Positions 30,763-41,229 of a stretch of 64,000 nucleotides of DNA are shown in pieces. The notes under the pieces are model-generated. The model made no database searches. It was given only the letters and a program-made list of their open reading frames with translations, and had not been told where the DNA came from. This DNA is from Macrostomum lignano (taxonomy: Eukaryota). The stretch covers positions 62,001 through 126,000 of the forward strand of contig NIVC01002064.1 of the NCBI GenBank assembly GCA_002269645.1, read 5' to 3'. The position numbers and the translations under genes were made by a program. Every line of letters begins with the position of its first letter. The stretch's first letter is position 1.

Positions 30763-32652
30763 TCAGATCAGCGTCTCGCGCGCGATCGGCGACTGCGAAC
30801 TGTCGCCATAGTAACGGCGCACAATGCGCGGCGGCCGGTAGGCGCCAAAATCGGCAACGCCGGCGTCACCGCTGCCGGTGGTGGCGCCGTCGTTGAAATC
30901 GTCGCCGCAGAAGCTGCTCTCGGCGTAGCGCGGGCCCAGCCGCCTGGCCCGTCGGCCGGAGTTCGAGCATCTCTCGCAGCCGTTGCAGCCGACCAACAGC
31001 CGCGCCGGCCCAGCGCTGTAGGGCGGCGGCGGCTGCCGCTGATCGGCGAGCAGATGAGGTCGGGGAGGCTGCCGAGCCAGCAGCGGCTCCTGCAGGCACA
31101 GCGGCGGCGGCGGCGGCGGATACGGCAGCGCCTTGGAGGCGACGCCAGCGGCGGCGAACTGCGGAAGCAGCGGCGATGGCGGAGTTCGCGACCTCTCCGG
31201 CTGCTGCTGCTGCTGCCATTGCCGGAGCACCGGCGAGCTGCCTTGGTTCAACTGACGGTGACGTTGGCATCGCTGACGATGTCGACGCCTCCTCTGCTCC
31301 CGGTGGCACCGTCGGCGGCTGGCGCTGCGCGCCTCCTCCCCGGCGCTCTCCTCGTCGACATCCTCGCTGGACCGGCCCGACTGGTACTCCATCTCCAGCT
31401 CCTCCGGCGCTGCCTCGTCGTCCTCCTCGAACTCATCTTGGTCTTCTTCTTTCGACTCGTTCCCGTCTCTCTCGTCTTCCTTCTTAGTGCCCCCGGCGCT
31501 CCGCCGACGCCGACGCCCGACGTCGCAATAGTCGACGCGCGCCCGCTGCAGGCTGGCCCGCTGCTTCTGGCTGGCGATGCGCAGCAGGATGACGTCGCAC
31601 AGCATGGAGGACAGGCCGAACAGGGCCAGGCCGCTGCCCAGGTTCATCGACAGTCTGTAGAAATCGAACCGGCCGCCCTCGCCGCTGACCGTGACGAAGA
31701 TCTTGATGCCGTAGGCGTGCACCAGCATCCGACGGTCCTGGCCCTCGCTCCTGTAGTTGTAGGCGTACTGCACGGAGAAGCCCTCAATGTCCGTGCCTTT
31801 GCCGATGTCCAGCTCGCGGAAGTGGTACTTGGGCAGGCAGTGCTCCTCCGGCAGGTCGAAGTTGCACTGCCAGGAAATGTCGATGCCGAACGCGCCGCCG
31901 ATTTTGTAGACCTCCTCGCTGGTGGTGCCAGAATAGGCGAGGATGTCGCCGAGGCGGAACACTGGGCAGTAGGTGAGGTTTGGGTGCGCCTTGTCGTACA
32001 GGCAGGTGTTCAGGTACTCGCTGGTCATCCAGTCCAGGATGTTGCGCCGTTTCTTATTGAATGCTCGAAAATCGACGCTGTTTTTTAGCTGGACGGTGAA
32101 GTTTCTGGCCCGGGTGAGCACCGAGCCGACTGGCAGGTTGAAGGCGTCCTGACTGGGCGCCGGGCACCAGCCGTAGCTGATGCAGGTTCTCGTGTCCGGG
32201 CTGCACCGGCCCGTGCGCCGGCCCTGACTGCTGATGCTGCCGGCCGGACAATCGCCGTCCTGATGGCAGTGGCCGACCGACTCCGGACACTCGCTCATGG
32301 CCTGCTTGTCGGTCACCCGAGCATTTGTTGTAATGAAAATGGCGCCATTCATGATCGGCGGTATGATGTAATCGGCCGAGTCCCACACTCTGGCGCCGTA
32401 GTCCGGATCTCCCGACCTGTTCACAAAGTCCAGGCCCTTCACTTTGAACACCACGCCGCCCTCCGGCGTCTCTATAACCTGGTAGCCTTTCTTGTGCCAG
32501 ATAATGTAGAACAGGAAGTAGACAATGACAGACAGCTGCACGCTGCGGTAGAACAGGCCGAACTTGACGCTGCGAATCACCACCACTTTCTGCAGGCGGT
32601 ACTCGAAGAACCCAGCCAGCATGCGGCTGAAGAACGATCTCAGGGAGCACAT
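30763..32652 (-). CDS. P2X purinoceptor-family ion channel, single exon, 629 aa, divergent ATP-binding site
   Basis: Uninterrupted ORF with first ATG at 32652 (the track's 32679 start is TTG). It contains FFEY..KVV, TM1 (LFYRSVQLSVIVYFLFYIIWHKKGYQ), KVKG, VWDSADY, ten ectodomain Cys, NFT..KN, CPVFRLGDI, AYGI and TM2 (MNLGSGLALFGLSSMLCD), followed by a long acidic/Pro/Arg-rich tail. Confidence 0.93.
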   Translation of the reverse strand: MCSLRSFFSRMLAGFFEYRLQKVVVIRSVKFGLFYRSVQLSVIVYFLFYIIWHKKGYQVIETPEGGVVFKVKGLDFVNRSGDPDYGARVWDSADYIIPPIMNGAIFITTNARVTDKQAMSECPESVGHCHQDGDCPAGSISSQGRRTGRCSPDTRTCISYGWCPAPSQDAFNLPVGSVLTRARNFTVQLKNSVDFRAFNKKRRNILDWMTSEYLNTCLYDKAHPNLTYCPVFRLGDILAYSGTTSEEVYKIGGAFGIDISWQCNFDLPEEHCLPKYHFRELDIGKGTDIEGFSVQYAYNYRSEGQDRRMLVHAYGIKIFVTVSGEGGRFDFYRLSMNLGSGLALFGLSSMLCDVILLRIASQKQRASLQRARVDYCDVGRRRRRSAGGTKKEDERDGNESKEEDQDEFEEDDEAAPEELEMEYQSGRSSEDVDEESAGEEARSASRRRCHREQRRRRHRQRCQRHRQLNQGSSPVLRQWQQQQQPERSRTPPSPLLPQFAAAGVASKALPYPPPPPPLCLQEPLLARQPPRPHLLADQRQPPPPYSAGPARLLVGCNGCERCSNSGRRARRLGPRYAESSFCGDDFNDGATTGSGDAGVADFGAYRPPRIVRRYYGDSSQSPIARETLI

Positions 32653-34479
32653 CCTGGCCGGACTCTGGGAACCTGCCAACCGACTCTAGGAAAACCGGCC
32701 CTCCCTCCCGAGTAGAGCGTCTACCTTAAAGCGTATACTGTCGCGTGGACGCGGAGGGAAGCTGCATGGAACTCGCGGATAGTGATTGGACAAGAAGCGC
32801 TGGCAACCCCCCTTCAAGCCCGTCCCCCCGGTCTCCTCCCATTCTCTCCTGAACCTTTTTCTCCAACTAGCGGCAGCTTCTCCCCATTGCCAATAAAATT
32901 CAACACACTGGCTGCATGAGGCCCGATGGTGACAAGGACAGCAGAGGAGAGCGATATTGCCTGAGCAGGGAGGGAGGGGAGGAACGGGCGAGGGGCGCTC
33001 GACTACAGAGAAGAAGCATGAAGGCCTCGGAGACAGGGGTGAAGGCGTTTGGCAGAGGCTAAAAGGGGAAGAAAGGGCCTTTCGGGCTTGCGGCGCCAGC
33101 CCGCGGGGCAAGGGCGCTGGAGATTAAAAAAATGACGGAAAAGGAAAGAAGGGAGCAGAGAGAGCTGGGCGGAGAGATTGGAGATCTGAAAGACGAGTAT
33201 GGGGAGGAACCGGCTAGAGGAAGAGAAAGTTCAGCCGATTTCGACCCGATATTTCCCCCTGTCTAATATAGCTAGGGATGCCCCATCGAATCGCGGGCAA
33301 ATCCCAGTCCGCCTGATCCCGACTCACAGGCTCACTCTGTCTCTGCTCCGCCGATCATCTTGGCTAGAGCCCGCGCCTCTGGGGAGCGCGCTCAACCCCC
33401 TGGCAGGCGATATAGGCTTCATCATCCATCCCGCTGATCAGCCTCCCCCTCCTCTGATCCCTGCCAGTATCCCTTCTACAGGGAGACTTATACTGAGGAG
33501 CTGATCCCATGCGAAGGGGAGAAGACAGGCAGACCGACGGCTAGATGACGAGAACCCCTGCCCCGCGGCCTGAGACAATACACGCACATAGACGGCAAGT
33601 TTACGAATGCGGCTACCATAGGACAGCTTCCAGATCGAATTAAACAAAAGCTCGATAGAGAAAGAGAGAAAGAATGGTTTAATAAAACCATGGACTGCGT
33701 AGGCGGAGGCAAGGCGAAAGAAGTGTGGGAGTGAGGCATAGGCCAGCTAAAATCGACTGCTGCACGGCAATAACACGAACTATAAGCCCTGGAAACTCAG
33801 AACTTGGAGCAAAGTGGGCAAGCACTCCAAGGACAGGCAGATCTGAGCAGGGGGGGGGGAGTTCAGCAGGAAAGAGGCGGAGAAAGAGGAAGTATACTTG
33901 GCAGCAACGTGCAACCTGCATCTGTGTGTTGGGGTTGCTGATCGATGAATAGGCTGCGTTCCCCATTTTTCCTCAAAAAAGGAGGGCCTGAGAGACACTG
34001 GCTGCTGCTCCCCCAGTTTCCACCCAACCACTCCCCCGCTCCATCCCCTAGGGTTGGGTGGTGTATGATGCGAGAAAGAAAACTGGGGATTTTTCGCCCT
34101 CAATTCCCCTTTCCGATCCTGTTTCGTCAAGCCCAGCTGGCTGCATAGCGAGGCCGAGAATGCAGCGCGTGAGCAATGGGCTTGGCAGCTCAATAGACAA
34201 AAACATAATCGGGTAGGAGGGGGAGAGACAAGCCTATACCCGCTAATCGTCAGGTGCAGACTCAGAGAGACAGAGGCAGCTCGCTCTAATGCACTGAAAT
34301 GTTTGCATATATAACATTAATAGATGTTTGGATTCTATCGTAGAATCTCAATTCAAATTTCGGCAGGTACATTTTCCCCGGGGTACTGTTCCTGAATCGA
34401 TATCGCGCGACTAAATTCGCTAATTTCATTTCTTAGAAGTGTGCAGCACCAATTAGATAGCTGCCTATCAGACTGCCTA

Positions 34480-35115
34480 ATCTGCCTGTCTCAGCAGTTG
34501 CCCAGACTCTTAATCTCCTACCTGTCTCATTAGTACCCAGTCTCGCTAATCTATCTGCCTCATCAGTGCCCAGTCTCATCGATGTACTTGCCTCATCAGT
34601 GCCCAGTCTCCTCGATGTACCCGCCTCATCAGTGCCCAGTCTCCTCGATGTACTTGCCTCATCAGTAACCAGTCTTGCTAATCTACCTGCCTCACCAGTG
34701 CCCAGTCTCCTCAATGTACCTGCCTCATCAGTGCCCAGTCTCCTCGATGTACTTGCCTCATCAGTACCCAGTCTTGCTAATCTACCTGCCTCACCAGTGC
34801 CCAGTCTCCTCAATGTACCTGCCTCATCAGTGCCCAGTCTCCTCAATGTACCTGCCTCATCAGTGCCCAGTCTCCTCAATGCACCTGCCTCATCAGTGCC
34901 CAGTCTGCTCGATGTACGCGTACTTGCCTCATCAGTGTCCAGTCTCCTCGATGTACCTGCCTCATCAGTGCCCAGTCTCCTCAATGTACCTGCCTCATCA
35001 GTGCCCAGTCTCCTCAATGTACCTGCCTCATCAGTGCCCAGTCTCCTCGATGTACCTGGCTCATCAGTGCCCAGTCTCCTCGATGGACTTGCCTCATCAG
35101 TGCCCAGTCCCGCTA
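34480..35115. repeat. 33-bp minisatellite (CCTCATCAGTGCCCAGTCTCCTCAATGTACCTG)n
   Basis: Tandem copies. The unit is a multiple of 3 with few stops, hence ORFs in several frames. Confidence 0.92.
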
Positions 35116-35247
35116 ATCCCCTCGCAAATCTTTCAGACAAATTTGAATTACACTAGAGTTACAAGTCAAAAATGAAGACCTCTCTTGTTAAATTTTGTTT
35201 CCACTTCTCAAGCAACAATAAACAAACGATCAGACCAACTCATACAG

Positions 35248-35253
35248 TTTATT
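35248..35253 (-). terminator. Candidate polyadenylation signal (AATAAA) of RPL26
   Basis: TTTATT on plus, about 110 nt downstream of the RPL26 stop. Confidence 0.6.
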
Positions 35254-35363
35254 TCAGCTTCTGTCTCCATCTGATTTAACGCATTACCGAACTCATCCGT
35301 ACACTCGACTAAACAAAACTGTCAATCAAGCTAACAGACACAACGGCACAGTTAGGCTAGCTT

Positions 35364-37266
35364 TTAAGCCTCCATCGCGTTGGCATCGGCCTCGGAGTAC
35401 TTGCCCTTCTCGGCGCCTCGGGCCCTGCCGGCGGCTTTGCGGTCCAACAGGCCGCGCCTGTCCCGGTCCAGCTTGAGCTTCGTGATCACCACCTGAGGCG
35501 GAATTCATAGGTGAGGGTCTTTGAAGTGAAGACTGCGGCTCTTGAAAGTTTGGTTATGGCGATTCTTAATGGGGCTGGGGGCGATTCCTAATGGGGTCGG
35601 GGCGATTCTTAATGGGGTTGGGGCGATTCTTAATGGGGTTGGGGCGATTCCTAATGGGGTTGGGGCGATTCTTAATGGGGTTGGGGCGATTCCTAATGGG
35701 GTTGGGGCAATTCCTAATGGGGTTGAGGGCGATTATTAATGGGGTTGGGGGCGATTCCTAATGGGGTTGAGGGCGACTCATAATGGGGTTGGGGGCGATT
35801 CCTAATGGGGCTGGGCGATTCCTAATGAGGGTTTGGGGGCGATTTTTAATAGGTATTTTGCAATGGGGTTCTTAAAATGTTTTTGAGCAGCATGTAAAAG
35901 TCAAAATTTGAAAGTCAATAGTTCAAGTCTATTAGTGGGAGAGAAAAACCAGCAGTCGAGTCGAGAACACGCTAACCATACTAAATAGCAGGAAGCTTAG
36001 TCTGCCTGATGAGTAAAATAGTACTCAAATGTCTGGCCTTACAAATTATCAAAAGACTGGTTTCCAATCATTTTTGCTTCGCATGAGAGCAAGAGACGAA
36101 AAAAGTTGCTTTTATATTAAAGAATTTCAGACGATGCAGTCAGGACAGGTGCATGCGTGTGTAGAAGCTAATATGGCAAAGGTGTGCGTTTCTAGATCCG
36201 AAAACAGCGTCATTGGAGGGGTGTTCTTCAAGCCGAAGGGAGCCGAGCCTAAGATGGGTGTCTGTGGAGCCTAAGATGGGTGTCTGTGGAGCCTAAGATG
36301 GGTGTCTGTGGAGCCTAAGATGGGTGTCTGTGGAGCCTAAGATGGGTGTCTGTGGAGCCTAAGATGGGTGTCTGTGGAGCCTAAGATGGGTGTCTGTGGA
36401 GCCTAAGATGGGTGTCTGTGGAACCTAAGATGGGTGTCTGTGGAGCCTAAGATGGGTATCTGTGGAGCCTAAGATGGGTGTCTGTGGAGCCTAAGATGGG
36501 TGTCTGTGGAGCCTAAGATGGGTGTCTGTGGAGCCTAAGATGGGTATCTGTGGAGCCTTAGATGGGTGTCTGTGGAGCCTAAGATGGGTGTCTGTGGAGC
36601 CTAAGATGGGTGTCTGTGGAGCCTAAGATGGGTGTCTGTGGAGCCTAAGATGGGTGTCCGGGAAGCCTAAGATGGGTGTTTGTGAAGGCTAAGTTGGGTG
36701 TCTGTAAAGGCTAAGATGGGTGTTTGTGGAGCCTAAGATGGGTGTCTGTGGAGCCTAAGATAGGTGTCCGGGAAGCCTAAGATGTGTTAGTGGAGCCTAA
36801 GATGGGTGTCCAGGCTAAGATGGTTGTCTGTAAAGGCTAAGATGGGTGTCCGGGAAGCCTAAATGCCTTACATCTTTTTTCGGTGAACTTGAAGCGAAAT
36901 GGTGAACAGTAATAGAGGGGTCACGTCTAAAAAAGCAGAACTTCCGTCCATTATTACCTTGCTAGGATGCAGGTTAACATAGACGGTAGCACCGTTAGCC
37001 TTCTCCCTTTGAATCCGTTCCACGTGGATGACATACTTGGAACGATAGACTGCCACCACTTTGCCAGTCTGGGTGCCCTTGTGGTGACCCCGGACAAGTT
37101 GCACCTCGTCGTCTTTGCGGATGGGCATAGAGCGGACATTGTACTTGGTGCGCAGCTCCTTGGACAGCGGAGCCGACATCAGCTTGCGTCGAATGTGCGA
37201 CGGCGCATTGAAATAGCGCTGGCGATTCTTCCGCTTGGAGCTGGTGACGCTCTTGTTGAACTTCAT
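35364..37266 (-). CDS. RPL26: 60S ribosomal protein L26 (uL24), 2 coding exons, 145 aa
   Basis: Exon 37266-36958 ([39 protein letters not shown]...[11 protein letters not shown]...[16 protein letters not shown]) splices AAG|GT..CAG|GTG to exon 35492-35364 ([12 protein letters not shown]...[14 protein letters not shown]). Total 438 nt. Confidence 0.97.
35560..35850. repeat. 21-bp G-rich minisatellite (GGGGCGATTCYTAATGGGGTT)n in the RPL26 intron
   Basis: Tandem copies starting about 65 nt from the acceptor. Confidence 0.92.
36245..36865. repeat. 22-bp minisatellite (GAGCCTAAGATGGGTGTCTGTG)n in the RPL26 intron
   Basis: Tandem copies. Confidence 0.95.
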
Positions 37267-37625
37267 CTCTGCTGCTGCAATAGTTAACAATTGCGATTTG
37301 ATTATTGTTGAATCCGTTAACTCAGATCAGTTCGCGATCTCCACGCGGCAGACAATACGATTTTCCCCCTCAAACTCCAAAGTGAATCAGTCCCACTGTT
37401 AATAATTACGCAACTGATACTGCCATTTGACTGCCGGGTAGTGTTGTTTGGTGGTATAAGGAATATGATTTCATCCTTTGACTTTGGACCTGTGATTCTA
37501 AAATATAATCGAAGTTTTTGTATACTACAAGTACATACTTTACGAGTATAAAAGATGCATAGCCATGAATTTTTATTAGGGATGGGGGCGTCATGGGGTA
37601 GGGGTGCCACCTCGGAGGCGTCAAG

Positions 37626-38155
37626 TTAGGGACGCTATCGTGGGGGCGCCATTTCGAGTACACAATCGTTAGGGACGCTATCGTGGGGGCGCCATTTCGA
37701 GTACACAATCGTTAGGGACGCTATCGTGGGGGCGCCATTTCGAGTACACAATCGTTAGGGACGCTATCGTGGGGGCGCCATTTCGAGTACACAATCGTTA
37801 GGGACGCTATCGTGGGGGCGCCATTTTGAGAACACAATCGTTAGGGACGCTATCGTGGGGGCGCCATTTTGAGAACACAATCGTTAGGGACGCTATCGTG
37901 GGGGCGCCATTTTGAGAACACAATCGTTAGGGACGCTATCGTGGGGGCGCCATTTTGAGAACACAATCGTTAGGGACGCTATCGTGGGGGCGCCATTTTG
38001 AGAACACAATCGTTAGGGACGCTATCGTGGGGGCGCTATTTTGAGAACACAATCGTTAGGGACGCTATCGTGGGGGCGCCATTTTGAGAACACAATCGTT
38101 AGGGACGCTATCGTGGGGGCGCCATTTTGAGAACACAATCGTTAGGGACGCTATT
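37626..38155. repeat. 43-bp minisatellite (TTAGGGACGCTATCGTGGGGGCGCCATTTYGAGWACACAATCG)n
   Basis: About 12 near-identical copies upstream of the RPL26 CDS. Confidence 0.95.
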
Positions 38156-38340
38156 GTGGTGGTGCCATATGCTCATTCGAATCCTCAGCTACCAAGCCCC
38201 TACAAGTAATAGCTCGCTATCGACACATCCCTAATAACAGATTTCTGATGATGTGAAGCGATGAAAGCTGTGTAAAAATAAGTAAAAACCGCGGTCCGCT
38301 GGATCACGCAGAAATTAGTCTCTGAACACAATGGCGATGT

Positions 38341-38347
38341 GAAAGAG
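38341..38347 (-). promoter_or_regulatory. Candidate TCT/5'TOP-type transcription start (CTCTTTC) for RPL26
   Basis: Minus strand GGCTCTTTCACATCGCC, about 1.07 kb upstream of the acceptor at 37275 that precedes the ATG. TCT starts are typical of ribosomal-protein genes. No convincing donor was found, so this is tentative. Confidence 0.35.
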
Positions 38348-40590
38348 CCTTAAGCCGTTAAAGTAATTGATTGAGGCGGCAAATGCCGAAATCTATTTTA
38401 AAAGGTTCTACTTTTAGCTGCTTTTTGAACTTTTCAGAAGTTCAGCACGCGGGAAAAAATTCCCGAAATGAATTGAATTAATTAACAACTCGCGGAATTT
38501 TCACATTTTTCACATTTTACTTCAACTTCAATCGCATATAATACAACTTTCTTGCCCGCAATTTTACAGATTTAAGTCTTCGAAAATAGCAGAAAAGTTG
38601 TGAACATTTTAATCAAATTCAAATAATTATCTAAAAGATAATTCAAATATATAAAAGAAACAAGTCAAAATTGATATGCAGACTATTTTCTTCGCGAATC
38701 CACTGTACTTAGTCCACTGTACATCCTACTCACTTCTGTTTGTACCGTCTAGTCTCTAAATAAGGAGGCTTCATTATCAGCCCGAGCTTTATTCCCCAAT
38801 GCAATCAAAAAGGACGAATCAAAAACCGAGAACAGAACATCAAGTACTGATTGATTTTCTGACTTAAGAAGTTTGTTATAGATTAGATTAACAAACAACT
38901 ATAATTCAGCACTATAAGCCAGAGCACGCCCCTTTTAACATAGTTACTCAAGCACTGATACTTATAACTAATTAAATTTGCCGGCGGTTTATAAACTAAC
39001 CGGCATAGCTAGAGCCAAGTCTACTTGATAGCTACTAGGCCTTAAAACCTCGATGTCAAGATTTCATCACCGCAGGCGATATATTTTAGGGTACATGACA
39101 GCCCATTTTCACTAGGAAGAGGGAGCAGCTAACGAGGGGAGGCATCTTGGCATCCTTCTGAAAATGTTGACGACATTTTGGCATCGCGGATATAAAAAAC
39201 GCAGGTAAATAATGCAAAAATTTAATTTTCCCAGAATCAGACGCAAAGCAGGGCCTAAGAAGCTTTTGCGGTGGAAAATTGGCAAACAGGTCTCCCAGGG
39301 GGAAGGGAAGCTACCAACCGAATTGGTTATTAAGCTACCAACTAGCAAGAGCAGCCACTCAGGCCCCCGCTTTTTGAGCAATAAATCCCAAAGCTATATG
39401 GGAATATGGGAGCAGTCGGAGCAATCGGCCGGGATACAGGACCAACTGCGCAAAAATAGGGGAAGCCAAGAGCGGCAAATCGGGCATGGAGTTTGGGATT
39501 GGCAGAGGGGAGGGGGAAATTAGAGCGAGGCCAAACCTTCTTGACTTACGCCCGCCAGATTATCAATAGGAGGAAAAATGAAGCTCGGGAGAGATGAAAT
39601 TTGGCGTCGGACGGTTGCCAATTTGAAATATAAGGATAGATTGGGCAAGTACGAATAATAAATTGGGAATGAACTGAGCATGTCTGCCCCGGCGAGTGTG
39701 GGGAAACTTGATTTGCATAGAAGTACAGAAAGCGGGGAAGGGAGACAGGGGAGGACGCGGCCAAGCAGAATTGGGGTGGGATGGGAGGCAAGTTTTAAGA
39801 AGACCGAGACAGGCGAGTCACGGATGGTGGAGTCCAATTTCGAGGCGCAGGAGGCAACCGCTGCACTGCGGACAGGGCTGCACTGTACTTTCTGTTCAGT
39901 GAAAATGAGAACGGTGTGAAAGTACCCTTGTACTATGCTTCATCTGAATTGTTAACGCAGAACAATCTAGTGAACAAAGAATCCTAGTTTTTATTTATCT
40001 CTTCTAAATTGGCGGTTTTATTGGTGACTAAAAATTAGAGAAATTGCCTCAAACTGCTTTTAATTGGATAGCCATCGTTCAGAGGTAAACTCTTGATAAA
40101 AATTATCACCAAGGAAGCTGATGGCCAAGTCTGCATATGCTTTTGTACTGATTTTGGATCCTTATAAAAAACACGGCTAAGTGAGTTCAAACTTTGAGCT
40201 GTGCAGCGAAGGCAAAGTTAAAATCGAATCGATGGCCTTTATAAACATTGGCATGGTTAATCAATCGCTAGTTATAATTTGAGCAAACAGAGGTCGCCAA
40301 TCAGAAAAAAATCAATTCGCCGAGGAACATGAAAAGCGGGACAAATTAATTCAAAGGACGGCAGGCAGGCGATTGTTGCCCCTTGCACCAAGTAGCAGAA
40401 GTTTAATAAGCATTTGAGCACGAAGGAAAATAGGGAAAAATGAACGATGACCACCCACCCTGATCCTGACTGGCTAAAGAGCACGCACGTAGCTTGATCA
40501 TGGTCGCAGGCCCGAAAACTTATATGTCATAAAGTCTCAAATTAAAATTCATATCGAAGGTTTTGAAGGTCTATAATTCTAACGGTGAAC

Positions 40591-41038
40591 CACAGATACT
40601 AGAATAACTAGATGGGCCACTCAGCACATTTGCGTGTAAGCTACTTTCAGTTCAGTAGTATAGGTTAAACAAAAGCATTTTAATGTACTTTAATTCAAAG
40701 CGAATGCTCATTGACTTTTACCCACCAGCCTCAGCCCTGCAACCGCGCCTTTCCACACTACCCCCCGCCCCGTCCCAATTTTTATTGCCTTTCTCGGAAC
40801 CCCAGCCTAAAGCTGCCATGTACATTTCAGTAGACTGGTTAATGTACATTATCGCTGAACCAATTAGCAAGTTGTTTACGCCTTAAAGCTTGGGCTTCTA
40901 AACTTATCAGTCATTTCAGCTGCCTTACTTTATTTAAAATAGCTTATGCATTCTTCTTTGCTACTGAACTGAAAGTAGAAAGCTGTTTTACTACGCATAT
41001 ATGCCTGAGAAGCCCATCTAGTTATTTTAGTATCTGTG
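40591..41038. mobile_element. MITE with CACAG termini (second copy, inverted relative to 8006-8440)
   Basis: CACAGATACTAGAATAACTAGATGGGCCACTCAG ... CCCATCTAGTTATTTTAGTATCTGTG. Flanks are CGGTGAAC and CGGTGAAA. The interior is homologous to the reverse complement of 8006-8440. Confidence 0.87.
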
Positions 41039-41229
41039 CGGTGAAAAAGAAGTTCATCCAAGTCGCTCAAAAGCTCAACTCAAAGAAATGAAAAATTTTG
41101 TCAGTGCTTTACGAAAAAAGCAGATCTTAACTAAGGAATTAGCTAATCAAGTTGAACAGTGGAAAGTCGACAAGAAACAAGCGAATGCCATTTTAGCTAC
41201 CTCTGAGTATGAGCACACATGGTCAAGGA

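Noticed and set aside
30866-32715. Overlapping alternative-frame and antisense ORFs (147, 344, 198 and 150 aa) over the P2X gene
   Set aside because: Expected shadow ORFs of a very GC-rich coding sequence, with no recognisable motifs.
34433-35175. 235-aa ORF with RRLGTDEAGTL repeats and two plus-strand ORFs
   Set aside because: The 33-bp unit is stop-free in several frames on both strands. There is no ATG start, splice context or recognisable domain.
35975-36040. Hammerhead-ribozyme-like layout (GCAG..CTGC stem, CTGATGA, GTA..TAC stem)
   Set aside because: The required GAAA after stem II is absent (reads TCAAA) and stem III pairs poorly. The CTGATGA..GAAA at about 38246-38267 lacks a stem II.
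35493-36957. Intronic snoRNA, as often hosted by ribosomal-protein genes
   Set aside because: No C/D box pair or H/ACA hairpin was evident on the sense (minus) strand.
37626-38155. CRISPR-like or telomeric appearance (43-bp unit containing one TTAGGG)
   Set aside because: There are no unique spacers and no cas genes, the context is eukaryotic, and a single TTAGGG per unit is not a telomeric tract.
33970-39385. ~25-bp motif shared in inverted orientation between the purine-rich blocks at about 33972-34010 and 39345-39380
   Set aside because: The surrounding sequence is not collinear, and the match is too short to call a repeat family. Neither block yields a recognisable ORF.
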